Assembly: GCA_904394215.1 (NCBI GenBank) | Contig: CAJFNF010000006.1 | Location: forward strand, 289 to 64,288 | Reading direction: 5' to 3' | From: an uncultured Faecalibacterium sp. | Lineage (GTDB): Bacteria; Bacillota; Clostridia; Oscillospirales; Ruminococcaceae | DNA length: 64,000 nucleotides | Shown here: one piece after another, positions 18,359 through 28,069 of the stretch | Layout: every line of letters begins with the position of its first letter | Position numbering within the stretch: the stretch's first letter is position 1 | Made by a program: the position numbers and the translations under genes | The notes under the pieces: generated by a model | What the model was told of the DNA's origin: nothing | Seen by the model: the letters and a program-made list of their open reading frames with translations, nothing else | Databases searched by the model: none

Positions 18359-19474
18359 ATGCCCAAAAGAAGGCAGAAAGTCAAGCGGTATCACCGCAGC
18401 TTTTACAGCCGCGGCGACAAAATCAAAAAGGCCATAGGGATTGTGGTGCTGGCCGTGGTGGTGCTGGGTGCAGCCTGGCTGGCAGCCCCCTATGTGCTGG
18501 ACTGGGCCACCCATACCTGGTATACGGTGGTGCGGGACAGAGACCTGTCCGCTTCGTCGGAGGCCTCTTCTGCGGCATCCTCCGAGGCGGCGTCCTCTTC
18601 CGAAGCCGCCTCTTCCCAGGCTGCCTCTTCGGAGGCGGCATCCTCCCGGCCGGAGCCGGTGGCGGGCACCGTCATCCGGGAGGGCAGCTGGTCTGCGGTG
18701 AGCCTGTCGGCCCTGGGGGATGAGGCGTCCATCCGTTCCACCGCCCAGTCCCTGGCTGCCCAAGGGGTGACCTATGCGGTGATCCCCCTGAAAGATACCA
18801 GCGGCTATGTCTACTATGCTTCGGCGGTGCCGGCTGCTTCGGGCAGCGTGGCGGCCACCGTGGTGGACCCGGCCCTGATCGCCTCCACCTTCAAGGAGGA
18901 AGGCCTGGTGCCGGTGGCGGAACTGGCGGCTTTCCAGGATCCTGTGGCCAGCTATACCGTCCGGTCCATGGCCATCCAGTACAGCGGCGACGGCAGTTAC
19001 CTGTGGCTGGATGCCGCCAATGTGGCCGCCGGCGGCAAGCCCTGGCTCAACCCCTATGCGGCATCGGCGGTCCAGTTTGTGGGGGACCTGGTGGAAGAGC
19101 TGTACAACGCCGGCTTTGAACAGGTCTGCCTGTCGGCAGTGCAGTTCCCTCACTCCACCTCTTCCAAACAGAGCTTTGGTGAGACCGGCGGCGTCAGCCG
19201 GGACGGCCAGCTGAGGGCGGACATCGCCGCCTGGGACGCCCGGTTTGCAGGCCGGGTAACCTTGTGGTATGAGTACCCGCTGGACAGCTGTACCAGCGTC
19301 AGCCCCACCCTGGGGGCCCTGCCGGCCCAGCTGGGGGTCAAGAACCTGGTCATCAGCCTCCCTGCGGGGGAGGCCCGGGACGAGGCCCAGCTGGCCCAGA
19401 CCACAGCCCAGATGAAAGAGATGGGCGCCGCCCACGTTGTGGTGCGGGACAGTGGGTCCGGAAGCTTTTATTGA
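18359..19474 (+). CDS. membrane-anchored DUF4015-like putative glycoside hydrolase
   Basis: N-terminal TM helix followed by a Ser/Ala-rich linker. KPWLNPYAASAVQFVGDLVEELYNAGFEQVCLSAVQFP resembles the DUF4015 core. Family call from memory. Confidence 0.65.
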   Translation: MPKRRQKVKRYHRSFYSRGDKIKKAIGIVVLAVVVLGAAWLAAPYVLDWATHTWYTVVRDRDLSASSEASSAASSEAASSSEAASSQAASSEAASSRPEPVAGTVIREGSWSAVSLSALGDEASIRSTAQSLAAQGVTYAVIPLKDTSGYVYYASAVPAASGSVAATVVDPALIASTFKEEGLVPVAELAAFQDPVASYTVRSMAIQYSGDGSYLWLDAANVAAGGKPWLNPYAASAVQFVGDLVEELYNAGFEQVCLSAVQFPHSTSSKQSFGETGGVSRDGQLRADIAAWDARFAGRVTLWYEYPLDSCTSVSPTLGALPAQLGVKNLVISLPAGEARDEAQLAQTTAQMKEMGAAHVVVRDSGSGSFY

Positions 19475-19513
19475 TTGACCTGCGGTTTTTGTGTGAGAGT
19501 GAGGAACCGAACC

Positions 19514-20809
19514 ATGGAAAAAACGTCCTGCTTTATGCCGGCCCATATTCTTCTGCCTGATGCATCGGTGCCCCTGGGCCAGTGGGGGTGCATTGCCTGC
19601 GACCAGTTTACCAGCGACCGGGACTACTGGGCCAAAGCCGAACAGGCTGCGGCCGGCGGCCCCAGTGCCCTCCGGCTGATTCTGCCGGAGGTCTATCTGG
19701 GAGAGTCAGACCAGCAGGCCCGGGTGGATCAGATTCACAAGGCCATGGAACAGTACGACCGTGAGGTCCTGACCCGGGCGGTGGACGGTTTTGTCTATGT
19801 GGAGCGGACCCTCCAGAGCGGCCGGGTGCGGCAGGGCCTGGTGGGCCGGGTGGACCTGGAGGCCTACAACTACCATCTGGGCAGCCTGCCCCTGGTGCGC
19901 CCCAGCGAGCACACGGTGGAAGAACGGATCCCGCCCCGTATGGCGGTGCGCCGGGGTGCCCGGCTGGAAACGCCCCATGTGATGATGCTGGCCGACGACC
20001 CTGACCGGCTGCTGATCGAGCCGGTGGGACGCCAGAAGGAAAAGCTCCGCCCCCTCTATGACGGGGAGCTGATGCTGGGCGGCGGCCATGTGGCCGGCTG
20101 GGCGGTGGAAGACCCCGCCCTGATCCGCCAGATCGAGGACGCCATGGAAGTGCTGAGCAGCCAAGAGACCTTCCTGGCCAAGTACCCCGGCGCCCCCAAC
20201 GACCGGCCCATGGCCCTGGCAGTGGGGGACGGCAACCACTCCCTGGCCACCGCCAAGGCCTATTGGGAGGAGCTGAAAAAGACCCTCACCCCCCAGCAGC
20301 AGAAGGACCACCCCGCCCGCTGGTGCCTGGCAGAGGTGTGCAACGTCCGGTCGGATGCGGTGGAGATCGAGCCGATTCACCGGGTGCTGTTCAACACCAG
20401 CTATGACACGGTGCTGCTGAACCTGGTTACATGGAGCGACGAGAACCTCGCCGGGATCCGGTTTGGGGACAGCTTTGAGCAGAAGCTGCAGCTGATGGGT
20501 CCCCGGGACCGGTGCCATCTGAGCTTTGAAAACCCCAGCGCCCCCCTGGGTGTGGGCACAGTGGACGAATTTGTGGAGTATTTCCTGGAAAACCATCCCG
20601 AAGCCCGGGTAGACTATGTCCATGACGAGGCCGCCGTCCGTTCCTTCTGTGAAAAGGAGGGGGCTGTGGGCATGCTGCTGCCCGCCATGCGCAAGGGGGA
20701 TTTGTTCCGGGGCGTGGTGCTGGGAGGCGTGCTGCCCCGCAAGACCTTCAGCCTGGGCCACGCCGAGGAGAAGCGGTACTACATCGAGTGCCGCCGCATT
20801 GCTGAATGA
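19514..20809 (+). CDS. DUF1015-family protein
   Basis: 431 aa starting MEKTSCFMPAHILLPD...IACDQFTSDRDYW. RBS GAGGAA is present. The length and N-terminal pattern resemble DUF1015. Confidence 0.7.
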   Translation: MEKTSCFMPAHILLPDASVPLGQWGCIACDQFTSDRDYWAKAEQAAAGGPSALRLILPEVYLGESDQQARVDQIHKAMEQYDREVLTRAVDGFVYVERTLQSGRVRQGLVGRVDLEAYNYHLGSLPLVRPSEHTVEERIPPRMAVRRGARLETPHVMMLADDPDRLLIEPVGRQKEKLRPLYDGELMLGGGHVAGWAVEDPALIRQIEDAMEVLSSQETFLAKYPGAPNDRPMALAVGDGNHSLATAKAYWEELKKTLTPQQQKDHPARWCLAEVCNVRSDAVEIEPIHRVLFNTSYDTVLLNLVTWSDENLAGIRFGDSFEQKLQLMGPRDRCHLSFENPSAPLGVGTVDEFVEYFLENHPEARVDYVHDEAAVRSFCEKEGAVGMLLPAMRKGDLFRGVVLGGVLPRKTFSLGHAEEKRYYIECRRIAE

Positions 20810-20923
20810 TCCGCCGGCGGCGGGCTTTGGGCCCTGCCGGCAGCCCGTCTCATGCCCGTGCGCTGTGCGTTCGGGCATGAAGGGTTTTGCAACCTGTTTT
20901 TCCAATCGCAACCAAGGAGTAGA

Positions 20924-22786
20924 ATGACATTTCAAGAACTGAATTTATCCAAACCCATCCTGCGGGCGGTGGCCCAGGCGGGCTATCAGAAGCCGTCCCC
21001 GATTCAGGCAGGGGCCATCCCGCCGGTGCTGCAGGGCCAGGACCTGATGGGCTGCGCCCAGACCGGCACCGGCAAGACCGCCGCCTTTGCCCTGCCCATG
21101 CTGGATCTGCTGTCGGCCCGGCCGGCCCTCAGAAGAGGGGCCATCCGGGCCCTGGTGCTGACCCCCACCCGGGAGCTGGCACTGCAGATTGAGGCCAATT
21201 TTGCCCAGTACGGCAAGTATCTGCCCCTGCGGTGCGCTGTCATCTTCGGCGGCGTGGGCCAGGGGCCCCAGGTGGAGCAGCTGAAAAAGGGCGTGGATAT
21301 CCTGGTGGCCTGTCCGGGCCGCCTGAATGACCTGATCGGCCAGGGATATGTGGATTTGTCCGCAGTGGAGATCTTTGTACTGGACGAGGCCGACCGGATG
21401 CTGGACATGGGCTTTGTCCACGACGTGAAAAAGGTGATCGCCAAGCTGCCGCCGCGGCGGCAGAACCTGATGTTCAGCGCCACCATGCCCGCCGAAATCG
21501 AGCACCTGGCGGCCAAGATCCTGCGGGATCCCGCCTTTGTGAAGGTGGACCCGGTGTCCAGCACGGTGGACCGGATTCGCCAGAGCCTGTATTTTGTGTC
21601 CAAGGCGGACAAACGCCGGCTGCTGCCCTGGCTGATCCAGAACCTGGACCCGCCGGTGCACAATGCCCTGGTGTTCAGCCGCACCAAACACGGCGCCGAC
21701 CGGATCGCCAAAGACCTGACCAAACAGGGGATCACGGCGGCGGCCATCCATGGCAACAAGAGCCAGAGCGCCCGGGTGGCGGCCCTGGAGGGCTTCAAGG
21801 CCGGCCGGACCAAAGTTCTGGTGGCCACCGACATTGCGGCCCGGGGCATTGATATCAATGAGCTGTCCCACGTGTTCAACTACGACCTGCCCGAGGTGCC
21901 CGAGACCTATGTGCACCGGATCGGGCGGACCGCCCGGGCCGGCGCCGACGGCACCGCCATCAGCTTTTGCGCCCCGGAGGAGCGGGAGTATCTGGCGGGC
22001 ATCGAAAAGCTGAACCGGAAAAAGATCCCGGTGGTGAGCGGCCACCCCTGGGATACTGTCCAGCCGGAACAGCCTGTCAAGGAATCCAGGGCGGTGCAGC
22101 CTGCCAAGCCTGTCAAGGTGCGGCCGGTGCAGCCTCCTGTCACCAAGAAAGAGGAGACCATCATGGAAGAAACCAAAAAGACCGCTCCCCGCGCCAGCGA
22201 AGGCGGGGAGAAGCGTTCCCGTTCGCGGCATGGCCGCAGGGACGGCGGCCGGTCCCGGCAGCCCGGCCAGGGCAGCCAGCCCCAGCAGCCGAAATTTGAC
22301 CCCCATTTCCTGACCGGCGCCGAGACGGCAGTCCTGCCGGCCAAGGCAGTGGCAGGCGCCGGGGAACCCCCTCGCACCGCAGCCCAGCCCTCCCGTCCCG
22401 CCAAGGGCGGCCAGAACGGCGGCCGCTCCCAGCGGCAGCAGCCCGAGGGCAAAAAGGAAGAGGGCCGCAGCCAGCGCAGCGCCTCCAAGGGCGGGGAAAA
22501 CCGGCCCCAGGAGCAGCGCCAGGCCCGCAATAACCAGAAGGCATCGGCCAAAAACCAGTCTGCCGAGCACAGCCGCTCGGGAGGCCGGGGCAATGGCGGC
22601 CGCTCCCAGGCATCCGGCCAGCCCCGGAGCCGCCGTTCCGGCGGCCGGGACAGCCGCAGCGAGGATCCGGGCCTGGTGCTGATCAGCCGCCGCCCGCCCC
22701 AGCAGAAGTTCTCCAGTTTCGAAGAGTATATCGAGGCCCACGGCGGTGCCACCGCACCCATTGAGGACCACAGCGAAGATTATTGA
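20924..22786 (+). CDS. DEAD-box ATP-dependent RNA helicase with ~250-aa basic low-complexity tail
   Basis: Motifs [26 protein letters not shown] and [10 protein letters not shown] are present. The C-terminus is rich in R/G/S/Q/P. RBS AAGGAG is present. Confidence 0.92.
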   Translation: MTFQELNLSKPILRAVAQAGYQKPSPIQAGAIPPVLQGQDLMGCAQTGTGKTAAFALPMLDLLSARPALRRGAIRALVLTPTRELALQIEANFAQYGKYLPLRCAVIFGGVGQGPQVEQLKKGVDILVACPGRLNDLIGQGYVDLSAVEIFVLDEADRMLDMGFVHDVKKVIAKLPPRRQNLMFSATMPAEIEHLAAKILRDPAFVKVDPVSSTVDRIRQSLYFVSKADKRRLLPWLIQNLDPPVHNALVFSRTKHGADRIAKDLTKQGITAAAIHGNKSQSARVAALEGFKAGRTKVLVATDIAARGIDINELSHVFNYDLPEVPETYVHRIGRTARAGADGTAISFCAPEEREYLAGIEKLNRKKIPVVSGHPWDTVQPEQPVKESRAVQPAKPVKVRPVQPPVTKKEETIMEETKKTAPRASEGGEKRSRSRHGRRDGGRSRQPGQGSQPQQPKFDPHFLTGAETAVLPAKAVAGAGEPPRTAAQPSRPAKGGQNGGRSQRQQPEGKKEEGRSQRSASKGGENRPQEQRQARNNQKASAKNQSAEHSRSGGRGNGGRSQASGQPRSRRSGGRDSRSEDPGLVLISRRPPQQKFSSFEEYIEAHGGATAPIEDHSEDY

Positions 22787-22794
22787 TGCAAACA

Positions 22795-22837
22795 AAACCG
22801 GCATCCCGGGCAAAGCCCCGGAGTGCCGGTTTTTTGT
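22795..22837 (+). terminator. rho-independent terminator
   Basis: Hairpin AAACCGGCATCCCGGG...CCCCGGAGTGCCGGTTT followed by TTTTTGTT. Confidence 0.75.
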
Positions 22838-22843
22838 TGGCGC

Positions 22844-23248
22844 TTATCGTCTGTCTGCAAAGGTGGAGCGGGTCAGGCGGCTCATCCGGTACTCCCGGGG
22901 ACTCTGGCCGTAGTGGGTGCGGAACAGCCGGTAAAAGTAGCTGGTGTTCTCATAGCCCACCTGGGAGATGATCTGCTGGATGGTCATATCGCTGCGGCGG
23001 AGCAGCCGGGCCGCCGTTTCCAGACGGTGTTTCTGGAGCAGTTCCTTGTAGGTCTTGCCGGTCTGGGCCCGGACGCATTCGCTGACATAGGCCAGAGACA
23101 CCTGGTAGCTGTGGGCCACGTTGGACAGGTTGGCCTCCCGGTAGTTGTGGGCAATTTCATCCAGGGCAGCCTGGACCAGTGCCTCTTTGTCAACCGTGCC
23201 GCTCCGGCCGGGGCCGGGGCGAAGGTCCTTCGCTTGTAGTTCGGTCAT
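22844..23248 (-). CDS. AraC-family HTH protein (DNA-binding domain only, 134 aa)
   Basis: Double HTH: SLAYVSECVRAQTGKTYKELLQKHRLETAARLL...IQQIISQVGYENTSYFYRLFRTHYGQSPREYR. Confidence 0.8.
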   Translation of the reverse strand: MTELQAKDLRPGPGRSGTVDKEALVQAALDEIAHNYREANLSNVAHSYQVSLAYVSECVRAQTGKTYKELLQKHRLETAARLLRRSDMTIQQIISQVGYENTSYFYRLFRTHYGQSPREYRMSRLTRSTFADRR

Positions 23249-23453
23249 AGTTTCCTCCGATTGATTCAGAGCTGTCGGTGCTCTTTACACATCAAAAACG
23301 AAATAAGGACAAATTTTATTGCGCTGCCAGCTGGATGGAAGAACTTTCACATCCTGGCAACAGGAAGGAAACAATTTGGTCATACAAATGGAAAAAGACG
23401 GCAGCCCGCCGTTTATGGGGGCTGCCGTCTTTTTGGATGCCAGGGGGGAAAGA

Positions 23454-24122
23454 TTAAAACAGGTTCTCGTTTTTGTACAGGCCGGTGCGGGTGAACTGAA
23501 CCCACTCAGCCACGTTGACAGCGTGGTCCGCGATCCGCTCCAGGTACTTGATGACCATCAGCAGGTCCAGGGAAGCGTCCACCTGGGCGGGGGTGGCTGC
23601 GATTTCCTCCGCCAAGGTCCGCTTGATGGTGTTGAAGTCGTAGTCCACCTCATCGTCGGCGGCAATGACCTTCTGGGCGGCGTTCATGTCCTCGGACTGG
23701 AAGGCTGCCAGGGCTTCCACCACCATCTTGTGGGCCTTCTGGCCCATCCGGATGGCCTCGCTGACGGCGGGGTCGCCGCCCTTGCGGGAGGCGAACAGAT
23801 GGGGCATGATCTCGGCAATGTCGGCGGCGTGGTCGCCGATCCGCTCCAGGTCGGTGATCACCTTCTGGATGGCCGAAATCCGGCGCAGGTCACCGGCCAC
23901 CGGCTGCTGGCGCAGCAGCAGCACCATGCAGCGGTGCTCGATGTCGTGCTCCATGTCGTTGATCTGGCTGTCGTCCTGAATGATCTGGGCGGCGGCTTCA
24001 GCGTCGGTGGAGGCCAAGGCTTCCATGGCGTTTTCCACGGCGTCCGCGCAGGCCTGGCCCATCTCGGCCAGAGCCTGCTGCAGGTCAGCCAGGGCATCAT
24101 CATACTGCTTGCGAATGCTCAT
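23454..24122 (-). CDS. phoU: phosphate signalling complex protein PhoU
   Basis: Two PhoU repeats (...DLERIGDHAADIA... and ...YLERIADHAVNVA...), located downstream of pstB. Confidence 0.92.
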   Translation of the reverse strand: MSIRKQYDDALADLQQALAEMGQACADAVENAMEALASTDAEAAAQIIQDDSQINDMEHDIEHRCMVLLLRQQPVAGDLRRISAIQKVITDLERIGDHAADIAEIMPHLFASRKGGDPAVSEAIRMGQKAHKMVVEALAAFQSEDMNAAQKVIAADDEVDYDFNTIKRTLAEEIAATPAQVDASLDLLMVIKYLERIADHAVNVAEWVQFTRTGLYKNENLF

Positions 24123-24149
24123 AGGTTTTCTCCTCTCTCATCAACCGCA

Positions 24150-24920
24150 TTAGCCGAACCGGCCAGAGATATAATCCTCGGTCCGCTTGTCCGAGGGGGT
24201 GCTGAAGATCTCGCCGGTGGGGCCCACCTCTACCAGCTCGCCCAGCAGGAAGAAAGCGGTGCGGTCGCTGATACGGGCCGCCTGCTGCATATTGTGGGTG
24301 ACAATGACCACGGTGTAGTTCTTTTTCAGCTCGCTCATCAGCTCTTCCACCTTCATGGTGGAGCCGGGGTCCAGGGCGCTGGTGGGCTCATCCATCAACA
24401 GAACTTCGGGCTTGACAGCCAGGGCGCGGGCGATGCACAGACGCTGCTGCTGGCCGCCGGACAGGCCCAGGGCGCTCTTCTTGAGCCGGTCCTTCACCTC
24501 GTCCCACAGGGCAGCGCCCCGCAGGCTGCTCTCCACGATCTCGTCCAGCTCTTCCTTGCGGCGGACGCCGTGGAGCTTGGGGCCGTAGGTGATGTTGTCA
24601 TAGATGCTCATGGGGAAGGGGTTGGCCTTCTGGAAGACCATGCCCACCCGGCGGCGCAGGGTGGTGAGGACCATCTGGGGTCCAAAGATGTCCTCGCCCT
24701 TCAGGGTGACCTGGCCCTCGATCCGGACCCCCGGCACAAGGTCGTTCATCCGGTTCAGGGTTTTCAGGAAGGTGGATTTGCCGCAGCCCGAAGGGCCGAT
24801 CAGGGCGGTGATCTCCCGTTCGCCCACGTCCAGGGAGATGGACTTGAGGGCTTTGAAGTCGCCGTACCACAGGTTCAGATTTTTGGCCGAAATCACAGGC
24901 GTGGTGTTTTGCGTTTCCAT
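24150..24920 (-). CDS. pstB: phosphate ABC transporter ATP-binding protein
   Basis: Walker [10 protein letters not shown], signature LSGGQQQR, Walker [12 protein letters not shown]. Confidence 0.95.
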   Translation of the reverse strand: METQNTTPVISAKNLNLWYGDFKALKSISLDVGEREITALIGPSGCGKSTFLKTLNRMNDLVPGVRIEGQVTLKGEDIFGPQMVLTTLRRRVGMVFQKANPFPMSIYDNITYGPKLHGVRRKEELDEIVESSLRGAALWDEVKDRLKKSALGLSGGQQQRLCIARALAVKPEVLLMDEPTSALDPGSTMKVEELMSELKKNYTVVIVTHNMQQAARISDRTAFFLLGELVEVGPTGEIFSTPSDKRTEDYISGRFG

Positions 24921-24940
24921 ATCGTTTTTACCTCACTCAA

Positions 24941-25810
24941 TCAGCCCTTTTGACGGAGATGCTTCTTGGCCAGCCGGGCGGCAATGTTGATGATCAGGAC
25001 CAGGATCAGCAGGACGGCGCCGATGCCCCAGGCAGAGTCAAAGTCGCCGTTCTCGAAGGCCCGCAGGTACAGCAGCACCGACAGGGATGCGCCGTTGGAG
25101 GTGTAGGCCTCCAGGATGTTGCCGGCGATGACCTGGGCGGCGCCGGCGGTGAACAGCAGAGCGGCGCTCTCGCCCACGATACGGCCGATGGCCAGGATGC
25201 AGCCGGTGACAATGCCGTCGATGCTGCAGGGCAGTACGATGGTGCGGATGATGTGCCATTTGCCCGAGCCCAGGCCCATGGCGCCCTCACGGTAGCCCAT
25301 GGGGACGGTCTTGAGGGATTCCTGGGTGGTGCGGATGATGGTGGGCAGGGTCATGATGACCAGGGTCAGGCTGCCCGACAGCAGGCTGGTCTGGAAGCCC
25401 AGGGCCTGGGCGAACACCAGCATGCCCACCAGGCCGTAGATGATGCTGGGGATGCCGGCCAGGGTTTCGTTGGTGAACTCAATCACCGCGATCAGGGTGT
25501 GGTTGGTGGCGTATTCGGTCAGATAGACGGCGGCCCCGACGCCCAGGGGCAGTACGATGATCAGGGTCAGCAGGATGATGTACAGGGTGTTCAGGATGGC
25601 GGGCAGGATGCCGTTGGTGCCCTTCAGGATGCTGGAGGTGGTGGTCAGGAAGGTCAGGTTCACATGGGGCAGGCCCCGCACCAGCACCAGGCCGATGATG
25701 CCCACCACCAGGATGGTGACCAGGATGGCGGCAATCCACACCGCGCAGGTGAAGAACTGGTTCCACAGCCGGCGGGAGGCAGAAAAATCTGCATAGCGAT
25801 TACTTTTCAC
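24941..25810 (-). CDS. pstA: phosphate ABC transporter permease PstA
   Basis: Six-TM permease with an EAA-like motif (ESLKTVPMGYREGAMGLG), positioned between pstC and pstB. Confidence 0.92.
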   Translation of the reverse strand: MKSNRYADFSASRRLWNQFFTCAVWIAAILVTILVVGIIGLVLVRGLPHVNLTFLTTTSSILKGTNGILPAILNTLYIILLTLIIVLPLGVGAAVYLTEYATNHTLIAVIEFTNETLAGIPSIIYGLVGMLVFAQALGFQTSLLSGSLTLVIMTLPTIIRTTQESLKTVPMGYREGAMGLGSGKWHIIRTIVLPCSIDGIVTGCILAIGRIVGESAALLFTAGAAQVIAGNILEAYTSNGASLSVLLYLRAFENGDFDSAWGIGAVLLILVLIINIAARLAKKHLRQKG

Positions 25811-26732
25811 CGTTGCTGCCTCCTTTCAGGAAGAAGTTGAGGACCAGGTTGATGATCATGATGAAGATGAACAGCACAAGGCCGATGCTGAACAGGGCCT
25901 GGCGCTGGAGGCCGCTGGCGTAGCTCATTTCCTTGGCAATGGCGGTGGTCAGGAAGGTGACGCTCTTGAACAGGCCGGGCATGTTGGGGCTGTTGCCGGC
26001 CACCATCATGACGGCCATGGCTTCGCCCACGGCGCGGCCGATGCCCAGCACGATGCCGGCGGCGATGCCGCTCTTGGCGGCGGGGACGCTGACCTTGAAC
26101 CAGGTCTCGGCCTCGGTGGCGCCCAGGGCCAGGCTGCCCTGTTCATACTCGGGGGGGACGGCGTTGAGGGCCGTCACCGACACCGACACAATGCTGGGCA
26201 GGATCATGATGGACAGCACCAGGATGGCGGTCAGCAGGCAGGCGCCCGAGGCCCGGCCAAAGACGGCGGCCACGGCGGGCACCAGCAGCTGCATGCCCAG
26301 CAGGCCGAAGATGACGCTGGGAATGCCCGACAGCAGCTCGATGGCAGAAGTGGCTACCGTCCGCAGCTGGGGCGTGGCGGCCTTGGAAAGGAAGACGGCG
26401 GTCAGCAGGCCCACCGGGATGCCGATGATGATGGCTCCCAGGGTGCCGTAGATGCTGGACAGGATGAAGGGCAGGATGCCGAACTTGGGCTCGGCGGCGG
26501 TGGAAGCCCATTCCTGGCCCAGCAGGAAGTTCCCAATGCCGATCTGGCCGATGGCCGGCAGGCCCGAAATCACCATATAGATGGTGATCAGAGCCACACA
26601 GCCGATGGCCAGGATGCCGCACAGGAAAAAGATGGTGTTCATCACCAGTTCCAGCCATTCGGCGGCATTGTGGGGCTTGTTGAATTTCTTCCGGACCACC
26701 ACAGCGCCGGAAGCGGAATCTTGCTGTTTCAT
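25800..26732 (-). CDS. pstC: phosphate ABC transporter permease PstC
   Basis: Permease with ALNAVPPEYEQGSLALGAT. Start chosen at ATG 26732 (MKQQDS...); an alternative start lies at 26744. Confidence 0.9.
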   Translation of the reverse strand: MKQQDSASGAVVVRKKFNKPHNAAEWLELVMNTIFFLCGILAIGCVALITIYMVISGLPAIGQIGIGNFLLGQEWASTAAEPKFGILPFILSSIYGTLGAIIIGIPVGLLTAVFLSKAATPQLRTVATSAIELLSGIPSVIFGLLGMQLLVPAVAAVFGRASGACLLTAILVLSIMILPSIVSVSVTALNAVPPEYEQGSLALGATEAETWFKVSVPAAKSGIAAGIVLGIGRAVGEAMAVMMVAGNSPNMPGLFKSVTFLTTAIAKEMSYASGLQRQALFSIGLVLFIFIMIINLVLNFFLKGGSNGEK

Positions 26733-26826
26733 AGTAACCCCCATGGTGCATGGAATTGAAAAAGCCCGGGACCGCAGGATCCCGGGCGGAATGTTTCAAA
26801 ATGCAGGACCCGTGTTTGGCAAAGGC

Positions 26827-27735
26827 TTAGGCCTCGGTGTCCACCAGAGGCACAGCGCCGGCGACGCGGATCAGCTCGGCAGCGTCCTCGCTGGTGGCAA
26901 AGTCGATGAAGGCCTTGGCAGCCTCAGACAGCTCGGCGGAATCGTTGGTGATGAAGTTGAAGGGACGCTGGACCTCGTAAGAGCCATCCAGAACGGTCTC
27001 CTCACTGCACTCCACGCCGCCCACGGTCAGGGTCTTGACGGTGTCGCCCACAGCAGACAGGGAAGCGTAGCCGATGGCCAGAGGGTTGGAGGCCACAGCA
27101 GAGATGACAGCGCCGGTGGCGGTCAGCTCCTGGTCGTACTGGCACTCGTCCTCGACGCCCACGATGCTCTCGAAGCCGTCACGGGTGCCGGAACCAGCCT
27201 CACGGCCGATGACCACGATCTCGCCGTCTTCGCCGCCCACATCGGCCCAGTTGGTGATCTGCTTGGTGAAGATCTGGGCCAGCTGATCCACGGTCAGGTC
27301 GGCGACGGTGTTCTCGCTGTTGACCACCATGGCGATGCCGTCCAGGGCAACGGTGGTGGCGGTGACGCCGGTCTCGTCATCGTGCAGGGCGCGGGAAGCC
27401 AGGCCGATGTCCAGGGTCTGCTCCACAGCGCCGGTGATGCCGGCGCCCGAACCGGTGGGATCGTAGCTGATGGTGACGTTGGGGGCGATCTCGGCGAAGC
27501 CCTCGGTCAGGGCCTCCACGACGCTGTTCATGGAGGTGGAACCGCCGGTGGAGACGGTGCCGGACAGGCTGCTCAGGTCGGAGCCGGCAGCGGAAGAAGC
27601 GGTGGAAGCTGCAGAAGAAGCAGTGGAAGCTGCGGTGGAGCTGGCAGAAGAGCTGCTGCCGCAGGCAGTCAGGACACCGGCTGCAGCAGCCACGCCGCAG
27701 ACAGCCAGAAACGAACGACGGTTAATCATTTTCAT
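26827..27735 (-). CDS. pstS: phosphate-binding lipoprotein PstS
   Basis: MKMINRRSFLAVCGVAAAAGVLTACGSS (lipobox), a Ser/Ala-rich linker, then the PBP core GGSTSMNSVVEAL...GSGTR. RBS GGGAGGAAG is present. Confidence 0.9.
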   Translation of the reverse strand: MKMINRRSFLAVCGVAAAAGVLTACGSSSSASSTAASTASSAASTASSAAGSDLSSLSGTVSTGGSTSMNSVVEALTEGFAEIAPNVTISYDPTGSGAGITGAVEQTLDIGLASRALHDDETGVTATTVALDGIAMVVNSENTVADLTVDQLAQIFTKQITNWADVGGEDGEIVVIGREAGSGTRDGFESIVGVEDECQYDQELTATGAVISAVASNPLAIGYASLSAVGDTVKTLTVGGVECSEETVLDGSYEVQRPFNFITNDSAELSEAAKAFIDFATSEDAAELIRVAGAVPLVDTEA

Positions 27736-28017
27736 AGGAATCTTCCTCCCAATCACAGAACCGGGATGTGTGCGCCCGGCTTTTCTCTCTCTTTTTGCTT
27801 TCCTCTCGGAACGCCACCATTGTACAACGGAACACCGGCCGCTGCGACCATGGCCAGGGAAAATCGTGGTAAAGTTTTGGTCCATGATTTTCCGAAAAAG
27901 AAAAGAAAATGTAAAATCAGGGCCCGAAGAATCGCCCTGGATTTTACATTTCCGGTGAAAGTGGAGAAAAAGGGACCGCCCGTCCCGTCAAAAAGACGGA
28001 GGAAATCGGAAGAGACA

Positions 28018-28047
28018 TAAAAAGCCCCCGGCAGAAAACTGCCGGGG
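28018..28047 (-). terminator. rho-independent terminator after nagA
   Basis: Minus strand reads CCCCGGCAG-TTTT-CTGCCGGGGG followed by CTTTTTAT. Confidence 0.7.
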
Positions 28048-28069
28048 ACCGGTGGCCAGAGGGGCAGGA

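Noticed and set aside
22100-22786. Arg/Gly/Ser/Gln-rich region considered as a separate gene or frameshifted fusion
   Set aside because: It is continuous in frame with the DEAD-box helicase core and has no internal RBS or start context. Basic disordered tails are common in this helicase family.
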